Below the pieces are notes generated by a model, which was given only the letters and a program-made list of their open reading frames with translations, was not told where the DNA came from and did not search any database. This document shows positions 28,794 through 40,342 of a stretch of DNA of 64,000 nt, piece after piece. Every line of letters begins with the position of its first letter. The first letter of the stretch is position 1. The stretch is from Bdellovibrionales bacterium (GTDB lineage: Bacteria > Bdellovibrionota > Bdellovibrionia > Bdellovibrionales > JAUICD01): contig CBDANC010000012.1 of assembly GCA_965197425.1 (NCBI GenBank), positions 32,001-96,000 on the forward strand, written 5' to 3'. Both the position numbers and the translations under genes were made by a program.

Positions 28794-30632
28794 ATGAAAC
28801 TACAAAAACTTTTAGAATCCTCAGCAAGAATGCCCTCTCTACCAGGGGTATATATTATGAAAAATACACAGGATAATATTATATATATAGGAAAATCTAA
28901 AAATCTAAAAAAAAGAGTAAAGACTTATTTTTCAAAATCACCCAAAAACATTTTTATCATGTCTCAAACACACACTATATCTTATCTACTCGCAAACACA
29001 GAGGTAGATGCATTACTATTAGAAGCATCTTTGATCAAAAAACATAAACCAAAGTATAATGTAAGACTTAAAGACGATAAAGCATATCCTTATATAAAAA
29101 TTAGTACGCAACATACGTTTCCAAAAGCATCCTTGGTGAGAAGAGTACTAAATGATGGAAACCTCTATTTTGGACCCTATACAAGTCGTTTTGTGGTAAA
29201 CGAAACAATTAGTTTTCTAAATAAAAATTTTAATATTAGAGATTGTACTGATTCTGATTTTAAGATTAGAAAAAAACCATGTCTTACATATCAAATGGGA
29301 TACTGTAAAGCACCATGTGTAAAAAAAATCTCACAAGAAGAATATAATATTGACATAAAAAAAGCTTTAGATTTTTTAAAAGGCAAAAACAAAAGGTTAG
29401 TTGTTAAAATAAAACAACAAATGGAGAAAGCTGCAAAAAAAGAGCAATTTGAAACTGCGTCTAAAATACGAGATAACTTATTTGCAATAAAAAAGCTACT
29501 TAAAAGCCAGCCAATAATCAGTGGGAATGCAAAAATTGATACGGATGTTGTGGGATACTTTAGCTCTGAACAAGGCATTATGATAAGCACATTGCACATA
29601 AGAAAAGGAAGAAAAGTTGGAAATAGAAATTTCTTCCTCTCTCACCTAGATTATAATATTGAACTACAGGATGAACCTAGAACATGGCTTGTTTCGTTTT
29701 TAAATCAATATTATATTGAAAATGTAGTTCCAGATGAAATTTTAATACCAATTAACCTAAGCTTAGATCTCATTAAACTTTTAGTAGCCGCTTTTGAAGA
29801 AAGATCTCATAAAAAAAGCCAAATAAGATTCCCGACAGATTCTGAAGGTAGCAAATTAATACAAATGGCTCTTTTGCATGCTCATGATAAATTCAAAGAA
29901 TATGTCTCCAAGTCAGATAAAAAACTAAATGCTTTAAAAGATATACAAAAAAGATTCAAGTTAAAGACCCTGCCTAAAAGAATAGAATGCTTTGATATAT
30001 CAACCTTAAGTGGAGAAGAGACTGTAGCAAGTCAAATCGTGTTTTCCAATGGAATACCGGATAAGGAATTTTATAGAAGGTATAAAATTAAAGACTCTAA
30101 GCTGTCAGACTATGATGCTATTAAAGAAGTTCTAACCAGAAGATTTAAACATAAAGAATATGAAAATCCAGATTTAATTCTAATTGATGGAGGAAAAGGA
30201 CAGTTAAATTGTGGAATTACTGTTCTAAAAGAACTAAAATTAAAAATACCAATAGCAAGCATTGCTAAATCTAGAACAACAAGCAATTTTTTAAAAAAAG
30301 ATATCCAAATTTCAGAAGAAAGGTTTTTCCTTCCAGGAAGAAAAAATCCTATAACATTTAAAACTAATCAAGAAAGCTTTAAAATGTTAACTAACTTAAG
30401 AGATGAAGCGCATAGATTTGCAATTACATATCATAGAAAGCTTAGAGAAAACACTAGTCTAGAAAGTAGACTTGATACAATAGGAATATCTTCTAACAAA
30501 AAAATATTACTCTTAAGGCATTTTGATTCTATAGATGATCTAAAAAAGGCATCTGTAGATGAAATATCTAATATAAATGGCATCGGAAAGAAAATGGCTT
30601 TAAAAATTCAATCTGAACTAAAGAATATATAA
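28794..30632 (+). CDS. uvrC: Excinuclease ABC subunit C
   Basis: PGVY...YIGK GIY-YIG, IECFDIS, IDGGKGQ, RDEAHRFA, HhH. Confidence 0.97.
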   Translation: MKLQKLLESSARMPSLPGVYIMKNTQDNIIYIGKSKNLKKRVKTYFSKSPKNIFIMSQTHTISYLLANTEVDALLLEASLIKKHKPKYNVRLKDDKAYPYIKISTQHTFPKASLVRRVLNDGNLYFGPYTSRFVVNETISFLNKNFNIRDCTDSDFKIRKKPCLTYQMGYCKAPCVKKISQEEYNIDIKKALDFLKGKNKRLVVKIKQQMEKAAKKEQFETASKIRDNLFAIKKLLKSQPIISGNAKIDTDVVGYFSSEQGIMISTLHIRKGRKVGNRNFFLSHLDYNIELQDEPRTWLVSFLNQYYIENVVPDEILIPINLSLDLIKLLVAAFEERSHKKSQIRFPTDSEGSKLIQMALLHAHDKFKEYVSKSDKKLNALKDIQKRFKLKTLPKRIECFDISTLSGEETVASQIVFSNGIPDKEFYRRYKIKDSKLSDYDAIKEVLTRRFKHKEYENPDLILIDGGKGQLNCGITVLKELKLKIPIASIAKSRTTSNFLKKDIQISEERFFLPGRKNPITFKTNQESFKMLTNLRDEAHRFAITYHRKLRENTSLESRLDTIGISSNKKILLLRHFDSIDDLKKASVDEISNINGIGKKMALKIQSELKNI

Positions 30633-30637
30633 TCTTG

Positions 30638-33600
30638 CTAGTGTTGGCTTACAGCTACCATTTTAGATATGCCCTTATCTTCCATAGTCACGCCATATAA
30701 CCTATCGCTAAACTCCATAGTTTGTTTGTTGTGAGTTACCATTATAATTTGAGACATCTTAGACATCTCTCTTACTAATTCATTAAACCTTACAACATTG
30801 GCATCATCCAAAGGTGCATCTACCTCATCTAACAAACAAAATGGAGAAGACTTAACCAAAAATACGGAAAAAATCAATGCAGTAGCAGTAAGGGCTTTTT
30901 CTCCCCCAGAAAGCAAGTTGACATTTTGAAGTTTTCGGCCAGGAGGTGACACACTAATATCAATGCCCATTTCATATTTTGCTCTTTTAGGTTTTTCTCC
31001 TTCTTCTTGAGTTGGTTCAACTAATTCTATACTAGCTTCACCTCCACCAAATAGTATTGGAAACACCTGTTGAAATCGTTCATTAATAGCTTCAAATTTT
31101 TCTTTAAATCTTTTGGTACAAACTCTTCCTATTTTATCTATTACTTTTTTAAGCTCATCCTTAGAAGACAGTAAGTCATCCCTTTGCTCTACCAAGAAAT
31201 TATACCTCTTAAGAGTTTCTTCGTACTCATCAATAGCAGTTAAGTTTACATCACTTAACTTTTGAAGCTTTTTATTTAAAGATACTAGTTTTTCAGACAA
31301 TTCTTCTATGTCAATATCTTCATCATGTTCCTTTACATGTTCTGTAGATAAATCCAACATATGCCGTTCATAAACTTGCTCCGACAAGGATTCAATTTTA
31401 AGGTTAATTTGACTTTTTTCTAGTTGTACATTGTTTAATTTTTGATTTTTTTCTAAAAGCTCTTTATTCAATTGTGAAATTTCATCTGAATGACCATCAA
31501 TCTCACTTTTTAATGTTTCATAATTATTTATAATATGGCTTTTTTCTTGTGATAAATCATCCAAACGATCGATAAGCAAAGCTAGATTTTTCTTTTTTTC
31601 TAAAAGCTCTTTATTAGATCTTTCTATGAAACTAATGTTAGATTCATGCTTTTGATTAAGCCTATCTAAATCGTCAGAAATTTCCAAAATATTTTGTTTC
31701 AATATTTCAAGGTTATCTTCCTTGCCCTTCAATTGCTGAATTTTAGAAGCTAATACTGCCTTTAGCTCCATCATTTTAGCAAAAACACCATGTTCTTTTG
31801 ACTGATCACTAGATATACCACTTAAAAGATCCTGATAATCAAGGGTTTCTTTTTTATATATAGAGTTTATCGAATCTAAATTTTTACTCAACTCTGCTAT
31901 TTTGGTATCTAGATTAGATTTTTTGTCATAAAGTATATTGCTGTTAGTATCAATTTTCTTTAACTCATTTTCTATACTAGAAAGCTCCCTTTTAGAAAGT
32001 TTTAAGCTTTCATGTACCTCTACAGTTTTAATATCATACTCTCCAATCTCGTCTTTAATACTGGATATTTTAGAATCTATTTCACTAAGATTTTTTTCTT
32101 TTTTGTTTAAAGATTCTTGTGCTAGATAAAGTTTTCCCTGCCATTCTGCTTCCAACTTTTTAAGCTCTTCTATTTCTCTTTTTCTTCTAAGTACCCCAGA
32201 GTCAGCACTCTCAGGAGTTCCTGCAGTTAAAATTCCATCAGAAAGCACATCTCCATCCAAAGTAACAAATGTGTTTTCTGGATAAACTTTGTTAAGCTTA
32301 ATGGCATCATCTATATTCTCTACGATAGCTACTCCATCCAAAATATTATTAATTATCTCAGAGTATTTTTTGTCTGTCTCTACAAACGAAGACAACATAC
32401 CTATTATATTTTTAGGAACACTTTTCTTTTTAGTTTGGTAAGAACCTGCGAAGCTGGATCTTCCAGAGTTATTTTCTTTTAAATAGTCTATAGCTTCCAA
32501 TACATCACTATGAGAAGTGGTAACCAATGTTTGAAGTTTCAAACCAAGACTTGCTTCCATAGCTAGTTCATATTTTTTATCAACCTTTACCATTTGAGCT
32601 ATAGGCAACATAGAATAACTGCCATCAGGGTGCACTTGCGCTTTTTTACTCATTAAACTCTTAATACCCGCCTGAAAACCTTCGAAGTTATTGCTCATAG
32701 TCTCTAAGCTATACAGTCTACTTGTAACTTCATTTAACTTACTTTTAAACTGATCAAGCTCTGAGTTTTTATGACTAATTTCACTTTTTAATTGTTTGTT
32801 TTCTGAGTTGAAAAAAGACAGATTGGATTCTTCCAGCTTAGTTTTATAAAAAGCTAATTTTTCATCCAAAGATTTTATCTGAGATTCCAAGGATGTTTTT
32901 TTATCTTTTAACTGATTTTTAGATAACAAAACATCGTCTATCCTCTTACTCAATTCCTCTGACCTAACCTTGGCCTCTGTTAGCTGTAAGCTAGTATCCC
33001 TTTTTTGATTTTCTAAATCAGTTACCTTTTCTTTCGAAAAGTCCACTTTACTTTTTGTGCCTGATAAAGTGGTTTTTATCTCATCATGATGAGAACTCAA
33101 TTTATCATATTCATGATTTAAAGAATCTACTTCCAAAGAGTACTCTCGATAATAACCCTCTAAATCCGAAAACTCAGATTGCAATTTTTCTTGTTTGCTA
33201 GCAAGCTCAGCTTTTTGTACATCATTTGACTCAATTATCCTATTAGTCTCTTCTATCTCCCATGTTAGTTTTTTTATCTCATCTTCCTTAGCTTTAATAG
33301 TATCACTGCTAACACCTAGATTTTGTTTAGCATCATCTATTGTTCGTTCAAGCTCTACAATTTTAAGTTTTTTAGCAGCAGTAAAGTTATTAGCTGTAGA
33401 TATTTTAGAATCTATTGCAGCAATCTCAGACTGATAATCAGCTATAGTTTTATTAATAGAATCTAACTCGTTTATAAAACCTCGATACTTATGTGAAATA
33501 ATAATTAAATCAAGATTTCTGTAAGAAGCTTTTAAGTCTTTATATTTTTTAGCTCGCTTAGCCTGCCTGTCTAGAAAATCCAACTGCCTTTTAGACTCAT

Positions 33601-34189
33601 TGATAATATCACCAATTCTGGTCAAATTATTCTCTGTTGCCTCAAGCTTTCTTATAGCTTCTTTTCTTCTAGCTCTAAACTTAGTAATACCAGCAGCTTC
33701 TTCTATCAAAACTCTTCTCTGCTCAGGTTTGGCTACCACAAGATTGCCAATAGTGCCTTGCTCTATTACACTCAACCCACCAGCACTTATGTCCATAAAA
33801 ATTTCTTGTATATCACGTAGCCTTACAGGTTTACCATTTGCTAAGTATTCCGATTGACCTCCACGATGAAGCCTCCTGGTAAGCTGTATTTCGGAAAAAT
33901 CTTTAAACTGAACAGGAAAACTATCCCCCTCATCCTCAAAGGTTAAACTAACCTCCGCCATTCCAGAAGGAGCAAAGCCAGAAACCCCCTTGAAGATCAT
34001 GTCATCCATCGAAGATCCTCTTAAAGTTTTTGCTGACATTTCTCCCATAACCCAGCAAAATGCATCCACAATATTGGATTTTCCACATCCATTAGGACCG
34101 ACTATACTTGTGATGTTAGAATCAAAATCAATGACAGTCCTATCACGAAAAGATTTAAATCCTACTAATTCCAGCCTCTTAATCTTCAT
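30638..34189 (-). CDS. smc: Chromosome segregation protein SMC
   Basis: GPNGCGKSN, long coiled coils with hinge, LSGGEK, LDEVDAPLD. Confidence 0.97.
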   Translation of the reverse strand: MKIKRLELVGFKSFRDRTVIDFDSNITSIVGPNGCGKSNIVDAFCWVMGEMSAKTLRGSSMDDMIFKGVSGFAPSGMAEVSLTFEDEGDSFPVQFKDFSEIQLTRRLHRGGQSEYLANGKPVRLRDIQEIFMDISAGGLSVIEQGTIGNLVVAKPEQRRVLIEEAAGITKFRARRKEAIRKLEATENNLTRIGDIINESKRQLDFLDRQAKRAKKYKDLKASYRNLDLIIISHKYRGFINELDSINKTIADYQSEIAAIDSKISTANNFTAAKKLKIVELERTIDDAKQNLGVSSDTIKAKEDEIKKLTWEIEETNRIIESNDVQKAELASKQEKLQSEFSDLEGYYREYSLEVDSLNHEYDKLSSHHDEIKTTLSGTKSKVDFSKEKVTDLENQKRDTSLQLTEAKVRSEELSKRIDDVLLSKNQLKDKKTSLESQIKSLDEKLAFYKTKLEESNLSFFNSENKQLKSEISHKNSELDQFKSKLNEVTSRLYSLETMSNNFEGFQAGIKSLMSKKAQVHPDGSYSMLPIAQMVKVDKKYELAMEASLGLKLQTLVTTSHSDVLEAIDYLKENNSGRSSFAGSYQTKKKSVPKNIIGMLSSFVETDKKYSEIINNILDGVAIVENIDDAIKLNKVYPENTFVTLDGDVLSDGILTAGTPESADSGVLRRKREIEELKKLEAEWQGKLYLAQESLNKKEKNLSEIDSKISSIKDEIGEYDIKTVEVHESLKLSKRELSSIENELKKIDTNSNILYDKKSNLDTKIAELSKNLDSINSIYKKETLDYQDLLSGISSDQSKEHGVFAKMMELKAVLASKIQQLKGKEDNLEILKQNILEISDDLDRLNQKHESNISFIERSNKELLEKKKNLALLIDRLDDLSQEKSHIINNYETLKSEIDGHSDEISQLNKELLEKNQKLNNVQLEKSQINLKIESLSEQVYERHMLDLSTEHVKEHDEDIDIEELSEKLVSLNKKLQKLSDVNLTAIDEYEETLKRYNFLVEQRDDLLSSKDELKKVIDKIGRVCTKRFKEKFEAINERFQQVFPILFGGGEASIELVEPTQEEGEKPKRAKYEMGIDISVSPPGRKLQNVNLLSGGEKALTATALIFSVFLVKSSPFCLLDEVDAPLDDANVVRFNELVREMSKMSQIIMVTHNKQTMEFSDRLYGVTMEDKGISKMVAVSQH

Positions 34190-34190
34190 A

Positions 34191-34333
34191 AAGGTCTTCC
34201 TAGCGAGGTCAATAAGGTGGGTTGGCGAAACGATTGCACTTTAGTGCAAGTGAAGCCAAAACATCTTTCAATAAAGGTGGGCGCCTGTTTCACCGAGTGG
34301 TTGCCCAGCTCCACACGTGTCATCAAACTCATC
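34191..34333 (+). repeat. Modular hairpin element abutting the smc start codon
   Basis: AAGGTCTTCCTAGCGAGGTCAA...CCGAGTGGTTGCCCAGC; the tail TGTCATCAAACTCATC is shared with about 21869-21884. Confidence 0.88.
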
Positions 34334-34374
34334 ACAACAACAATTATTATATCCAAACAAATGACACTCAAGTG

Positions 34375-35643
34375 TTATTTTAACATTTTAGAGATCTGGG
34401 TAGCTGGAACTCGATCCTGCGTCATAGTATCTCTGTTTCTCACAGTGACCATCTTATCATTCAAGGTGTCAAAGTCTACCGTAACACAAAATGGTGTACC
34501 AATTTCATCCTGCCTTCTATATCTTTTACCTATACTGCCCGTATCATCATACTGAGTAGAAAAACTTTCAGACAATTCTTTATAAATATTTTGTGCTACT
34601 TCTATAAGCCCTGGTTTTTTCGAAAGTGGAAGTACCGCAACTTTTATCGGAGCAATGTCAAATGGAAACTTCATAACCACTCGAATATCGTCTGATAATT
34701 TCTCTTCGAAATAAGCGCTACATAAAATAGCCAAGACCAGTCTGTCACACCCAACCGATGTCTCCACAACATAGGGAACAAATTTAGTATCTTGATCTTT
34801 AAAATAACTGAAACTTTTTTTAGAAAACTCCTGGTGCTTTTTCAAATCATAGTCAGTTCTATTATGTATTCCCTCTAGCTCATGCCACCCAAATGGAAAT
34901 TTATATTCTATGTCACCTGCACTTTTTGCATAGTGTGCCAACTCATCTGGGCTATGTTCTTTAAATCTCAGCTCAAGCCCTAAAGCTTTATAAAAATCCA
35001 TTCTTATATTTTTCCAGTTTTCGAAAGATTTCTCATCGTTTCCAGGCTCTACAAAATATTGCATCTCCATTTGCTCAAACTCACGAGTTCTGAAAATAAA
35101 ATTCTCTGGTGTAATTTCATTTCTAAATGCTTTTCCTATCTGTGCAATTCCAAATGGTACTTTTAGCCTCATAGTTGTTCTGACATTTTCAAAATTAACA
35201 TATATACCCTGAGCAGTCTCAGGCCTTAAATAAATCTCCTGCTCCTCCAGAGGGCCCATAAATGTTCTAAACATTAAATTGAAATCACGCGGCTCGGTCA
35301 AATCCGAACTACCACAAGTAGGACACTTTTTATGATCTGACATATTATCTAATCTGTGCCTGGCCTTGCACCCCTTACACTGAACAAGTGGATCTGAAAA
35401 TCCATCAATGTGCCCTGAAGCCTTCCAAACAGTAGGATGCATCAATATTGCGGAATCTAAACCTACAATATCTATCCTGCTGGTCATAGAATCCCACCAA
35501 AGCTTTTTTACATTGTTTTTTAAATAAACTCCAATAGGACCATAATCATAACAAGCATTGATACCACCATAGACTTCTGAACTCTGGAAAACAAAACCTC
35601 TCCTTTTACACAGTGATATCAATGTCTTCATATTATCCAGCAT
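34375..35643 (-). CDS. glyQS: Glycine--tRNA ligase (dimeric type)
   Basis: [42 protein letters not shown]. Confidence 0.96.
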   Translation of the reverse strand: MLDNMKTLISLCKRRGFVFQSSEVYGGINACYDYGPIGVYLKNNVKKLWWDSMTSRIDIVGLDSAILMHPTVWKASGHIDGFSDPLVQCKGCKARHRLDNMSDHKKCPTCGSSDLTEPRDFNLMFRTFMGPLEEQEIYLRPETAQGIYVNFENVRTTMRLKVPFGIAQIGKAFRNEITPENFIFRTREFEQMEMQYFVEPGNDEKSFENWKNIRMDFYKALGLELRFKEHSPDELAHYAKSAGDIEYKFPFGWHELEGIHNRTDYDLKKHQEFSKKSFSYFKDQDTKFVPYVVETSVGCDRLVLAILCSAYFEEKLSDDIRVVMKFPFDIAPIKVAVLPLSKKPGLIEVAQNIYKELSESFSTQYDDTGSIGKRYRRQDEIGTPFCVTVDFDTLNDKMVTVRNRDTMTQDRVPATQISKMLK

Positions 35644-35736
35644 GTAACTATCTAATCCGTATAATCTCTATATTTCAAGATTTTTATAAAACGAAATATA
35701 CCCTTTATATCCTAGATGAGATAAAACACTTGGTGT

Positions 35737-36468
35737 ATGGATACAAAAAAAATTATTTTAGTAGCTTCAGGCAAAGGGGGAGTAGGCAAAAGCACAGTCG
35801 CTAGTTTACTTTCTGTAGCACTTTCTAAAAAAAATAAGAAGGTAGGCCTAATTGACTGCGACATACACGGCCCTAGTATACCCAGAATGTTTGGCAAAAT
35901 TAATAGTAGAATAACAGTAAAAGATAACAAAATGCTTCCCTTAGAACAATATGGCGTAAAGTTAATGAGTATAGGATTTTTGGTGGAAGAAACTAGCGCT
36001 GTGATATGGCGAGGACCTATGCTATTTAAAGCAGTAAGTCAGTTTTTTGATGATATATTATGGGGTAACCTGGATTATCTAATAGTCGATCTACCACCCG
36101 GAACAGGCGACATACAACTTACCATAGCACAAAAGTTCAAAGTATCAGGTGCAATAATAGTAACCACACCTCAAAACATTGCATTATCTGATGTAATTAA
36201 ATCAATAGACATGTTCAATACAGTAAAAATCCCTATCCTAGGTGTCGTAGAAAATATGTCCTATTTTCTATCAGATGAAAATAAAAAGTTAGAGCTATTT
36301 CCAAAAGGAAGTTTGAACAAATACCTACAAGAAAAGAATATCCATATTATTTCGCAAATACCATTCCTAAAAGCCATTGCACAAGGATCTGAAGTGGGTA
36401 TCCCCTACACACAATCCAAATCACTAGACTCGTTTGATGAAATTATAAAAACTATAGACAAAGTTTAG
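35737..36468 (+). CDS. Mrp/NBP35 (ApbC) Fe-S carrier ATPase
   Basis: SGKGGVGKST, DIHGPS, IWRGPM, DLPPGTGD, ENMS. Confidence 0.95.
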   Translation: MDTKKIILVASGKGGVGKSTVASLLSVALSKKNKKVGLIDCDIHGPSIPRMFGKINSRITVKDNKMLPLEQYGVKLMSIGFLVEETSAVIWRGPMLFKAVSQFFDDILWGNLDYLIVDLPPGTGDIQLTIAQKFKVSGAIIVTTPQNIALSDVIKSIDMFNTVKIPILGVVENMSYFLSDENKKLELFPKGSLNKYLQEKNIHIISQIPFLKAIAQGSEVGIPYTQSKSLDSFDEIIKTIDKV

Positions 36469-36509
36469 GCTTTGCCAGGTTGCCTGAATACCGAGCTACC
36501 TAAAATCTC

Positions 36510-36682
36510 TCAGGAACCACGCTATAAACAAAGTTTGTTTTCTATCTCTAAGGTATCGACAAAACAAAAAATTCTCGGGGGCCGGTTCTCTGCACAACTC
36601 TGATACTGAAAACACCTTTGGCTACATTTGGACTTCGTCTAAGCATTTCGCCAAGGCATTTTCAGCATCAGCGAAGGGCCTT
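36510..36682 (-). repeat. Divergent modular hairpin element with tail module
   Basis: Minus strand AAGGCCCTTCG-CTGATGCTGAAAATGCC...GGTGTTTTCAGTATCAG-AGTTG; starts on the last base of the upstream TAA. Confidence 0.75.
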
Positions 36683-37956
36683 TAATTTGGGATTACAATT
36701 TTTCTTCCAACTAAAATTTTAGCGCTCTTATTTAAAGTGTTAGCTTTGTACAGTTGAGATAATGAAACCTTATATCTTCTAGCAATATGGCTCAGGGTAT
36801 CACCTCTTCTTACAATATGTATCTTTTTGCCACCAGCAGAAGAACCTCTGTAAACTCGCAGTTTTTGACCAGCTTTTATAAAGCCTCTTCTGTTTAGATT
36901 GTTCAAGTTTCTAAGCTCAGACACTTTAGTACCAAACTTAAGAGCTATACCAGATAAAGTATCACCCCTTCTTACCACATAAAGATCGTGTGATCTGGCA
37001 TAAACTTTTTTACTAACATGGCTTTTATCTAAAACTGCAGCAACCTTACTTCTAGTATCAACAGGAACCTTCATATACTGATCATTCCTAGAGAAAGGCA
37101 CATAATCTCTAAGAATACTAGGGTTAAGAGTTTTCAGGGTTTTTAGAGAAATTCCAGAGTGTTTAGCAAGCTTACTTAGACTAATTGATTTTTTTAAATC
37201 CAGTTTTTCATATTGCAAAGGTGGTTCATCCTCTATGTTATAAAAACCATAGCTAGAAGGATTCTTAGCTATTAATCTGGCCGCAAGATACTTAGGAACA
37301 TAGTTCATGGTTTCTCTAGGAAGCTGTTTGTTTTCTACCAAATCCCAAAAATTACGAGTATGATTTCTCATAACCACACGCTTAATCTTATTTTCACCAG
37401 CATTATAAGCAGCCATACTCAAATACCAATCACCAAACAAACTATATAGACTTTTAAAATAATTAGCAGCAGCTATCGTAGCTAACTCAGGATCTCTTCT
37501 CTCATCAACATATACATTGACTTTCAAACCATAAGCACGCCCCGTGCCTCTGACAAACTGCCAATACCCAACAGCAGAAGCTCTACTTCTAGCTTTACTA
37601 CTAAACCCAGATTCTATAAATACAACATAAATAAGATCCTCAGGCAAATTATGCTCTTTCAAAATAGACTTCATCAAACGGGAGTATTTAGGATATCTGG
37701 CCAAGTACATGTTCATGTACTCTCTGCCATCCCCCTGGAAATAATTTAGCCACTTCTGAACCAACTCATTCATATAGTCAGGCACAGGGGTAGAAAACGG
37801 CTCTGAATAATGAGGGCCCCTTAGTTTACTAAAATTACTTTTAGCTACAGCAACAGTACGATCATTAGAAGTAGTTAAACCCCTCTCGTAAATAGAAGCA
37901 CATCCCGTTAAGAACAAAACAATCGGTAAAATTAAAACTCTCATCTGTATCCCCAT
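36682..37956 (-). CDS. MltD-like lytic transglycosylase with LysM domains (lipoprotein)
   Basis: LTGC lipobox, IESGF, GYWQF, AAYNAGE, PRETMNYV and two C-terminal LysM repeats. Confidence 0.92.
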   Translation of the reverse strand: MGIQMRVLILPIVLFLTGCASIYERGLTTSNDRTVAVAKSNFSKLRGPHYSEPFSTPVPDYMNELVQKWLNYFQGDGREYMNMYLARYPKYSRLMKSILKEHNLPEDLIYVVFIESGFSSKARSRASAVGYWQFVRGTGRAYGLKVNVYVDERRDPELATIAAANYFKSLYSLFGDWYLSMAAYNAGENKIKRVVMRNHTRNFWDLVENKQLPRETMNYVPKYLAARLIAKNPSSYGFYNIEDEPPLQYEKLDLKKSISLSKLAKHSGISLKTLKTLNPSILRDYVPFSRNDQYMKVPVDTRSKVAAVLDKSHVSKKVYARSHDLYVVRRGDTLSGIALKFGTKVSELRNLNNLNRRGFIKAGQKLRVYRGSSAGGKKIHIVRRGDTLSHIARRYKVSLSQLYKANTLNKSAKILVGRKIVIPN

Positions 37957-37988
37957 CCCATTAAGAACAATTGTATCAAAGCTTAAGG

Positions 37989-40256
37989 CTACCAGAAAGG
38001 TTTTTTCATATCAACAACCTGATTATCCAATACCCTATACATCAAAATTGTTCTAAGAATTGCTTTGACATAAAACCTCGTTTCTGCATATGGCAGGTCC
38101 TCAATCCAAAGCTCATCAATATACTCTACGGAAGATTTCAATTTAATTTTATAGGCCAAAAGCCAAGCACGGTATCTACCTATGCCAGCATTATAGGCCG
38201 CCAATGCCTGGGGCAAATGGTTATCAAAAGCCTTCAACATACGATTAATATAGCCCATGCCCAACATAATATTCTGGCCAAAATCATCCCTATTTAAATC
38301 CACCTTAGCCAAACTAGCGGTTTCCTTCAAAGTACCAGGAGTCAGCTGCATAAGACCAAATGCTCCGGCAGGACTTATAGCATCTACCTTAAATAAACTC
38401 TCCTGCCTAATAATACTAAGCGGAATTTCATAGCTAAAAGGATACTTGAACTTTTCTATATTACTCTTTATTATACCTACAAATTCATAAGGATAAGTAA
38501 ACTTAATAAAACTACTGTTAACCAAAGATTTATCCAACTCCCAGGCCCTTTGTATAAGCTTGGTAGCTTTAAGAAAATCTCCGGCTATATACCAATATTT
38601 TGCTTTCAAAGCCATAATAGTAGGATTTTCAAAGTCAGATAGAGATTCTATTTCCAAACCAGCTTCATCAAACCAACCCACATTTAGCAAATATTGAAGC
38701 CTTTCAAAAGCTTGTGTTTCTGCACTGGTATATAACAGCTTTAGTGTAGCATCAGGCTTATTTGAAATAAAATTAGCAAGCTTGCCATCATTGTAATGAG
38801 CTCTTACCTTCATTGAATAATATGTCAAAGGGTACTCTTCCAAAATTTGTTTGGAAATCTCAGAAGCCTTCTCTTTGCCCTTTTGTTTTATCAAACTTAC
38901 CCACAACCAATACATGGTACCTAGCTTTAAGTCCTCATCATCCTTTAAAAGAAGTTTTTCAAAAATGCCCGCTGCACCAGAAAAATCTTTAAGTTTAATG
39001 TGAATTAAACCCAATCTAAACAGGGACTCTGAAACAAATTCGGAGCCAGAGTATTGATTAATTAATTTTATATATACAGACTTTGCAAAATTAGTGTCAT
39101 TCACCGTATAAGCAGCCCTAGCTGTTTGAAACAAGAAATCATCATAAAAAAATCCAGGAATGTTTTTTTCAAAGGAAGTTTTTAATAAATTATAAGCTTC
39201 ATCATAAACTTGGGACCAATATAATTTGCTGGAAAGATCTAATATAAAGTCCTTAGATACTAGATTAATATTATCAGTAACTAGTAAATTAGCCTGCTTT
39301 TTTGTTAAATTAAGTTTGCTTCTTTTAAATAATCTAACATATATATCTACGGCATTTTTGCTAGCCCATGTAAGATGAATGCTACCTGGATAACTTTCTA
39401 AAAGTAAAAAATAATTTTTTAAAAAATCTAAAACATTACTTTTTCCGTTAGATAGTTTGTCAACAAGCTTTTGTTCTTCTTTTGACAGAAAAGTATTACT
39501 TGTATCTACTAACTGTTCTGGTTTTTTTGGGTAAATCAATCTGTCTTGCTCACCTAAAAAATTTTTATTTTGTAAAGATTCAAGCTTCGATAGAACCTCA
39601 TCATTATCTTTAATACTAAGACTTCTATGTAAATAAGCTACAGATGAGTTTAAATCCTGAGAAGTTAAATCACTAACCATAGAATATATCTGCGATTGAA
39701 ACTTAGGGCTATTCTCCCAATAATTTTTATTGTCAAAAAGTTTATCTAAAACATTGTATGCTAGCTTATGTTTTGTTTTAGTATATAAATCTAAAAGTTC
39801 AATGTGAGCATCTGTCCAAGAAAGTTTAAGGGGTTTTGAATAGGTGCCTGCATTTAGGTGCCTGGCACGGATGCTATCTAATACTTGCGTAAACCAAGAA
39901 ATATCAGGATTTCCTTGTTTTAACAAAGATCGTTTATCTTTTTTTATTATTTTAAGCGCACATTTAAGTTGTTTGTTTAAAATCCAAGGTTTAATGAAAG
40001 TGGCTTCATTTGGGTGATTTTTTAATAAATTAGAAATCAGTCCAAGGCAACTTGCGTAGTCACCTTTTCTAAAAACCCTCTCCGTCATAAAGAGGGTTTT
40101 GTTAATACCATCCATATTTTTATAGCGCTCTACTACACTATTTTCATCCCACCATCGTAATAAATTACCCTCTACCTTGGAGGTAAGATGGACAGGGGTA
40201 AGCTCAGCAAAAGCTGAACCTATTAATAAAACAAAAAGTATTGACACAAAAAACAC
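37989..40256 (-). CDS. Slt-type soluble lytic transglycosylase with TPR region
   Basis: IIRQESLF, SPAGAFGLMQL, AAYNAG, ETRFYV. Confidence 0.9.
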   Translation of the reverse strand: MFFVSILFVLLIGSAFAELTPVHLTSKVEGNLLRWWDENSVVERYKNMDGINKTLFMTERVFRKGDYASCLGLISNLLKNHPNEATFIKPWILNKQLKCALKIIKKDKRSLLKQGNPDISWFTQVLDSIRARHLNAGTYSKPLKLSWTDAHIELLDLYTKTKHKLAYNVLDKLFDNKNYWENSPKFQSQIYSMVSDLTSQDLNSSVAYLHRSLSIKDNDEVLSKLESLQNKNFLGEQDRLIYPKKPEQLVDTSNTFLSKEEQKLVDKLSNGKSNVLDFLKNYFLLLESYPGSIHLTWASKNAVDIYVRLFKRSKLNLTKKQANLLVTDNINLVSKDFILDLSSKLYWSQVYDEAYNLLKTSFEKNIPGFFYDDFLFQTARAAYTVNDTNFAKSVYIKLINQYSGSEFVSESLFRLGLIHIKLKDFSGAAGIFEKLLLKDDEDLKLGTMYWLWVSLIKQKGKEKASEISKQILEEYPLTYYSMKVRAHYNDGKLANFISNKPDATLKLLYTSAETQAFERLQYLLNVGWFDEAGLEIESLSDFENPTIMALKAKYWYIAGDFLKATKLIQRAWELDKSLVNSSFIKFTYPYEFVGIIKSNIEKFKYPFSYEIPLSIIRQESLFKVDAISPAGAFGLMQLTPGTLKETASLAKVDLNRDDFGQNIMLGMGYINRMLKAFDNHLPQALAAYNAGIGRYRAWLLAYKIKLKSSVEYIDELWIEDLPYAETRFYVKAILRTILMYRVLDNQVVDMKKPFW

Positions 40257-40342
40257 CTAAAAGTAAATTTTTATCCTTTATCAACTTCACATAATAACAA
40301 GAAGTTTATTTTTTTAAAAGGTTAAACACAGGCAAGCTTAAA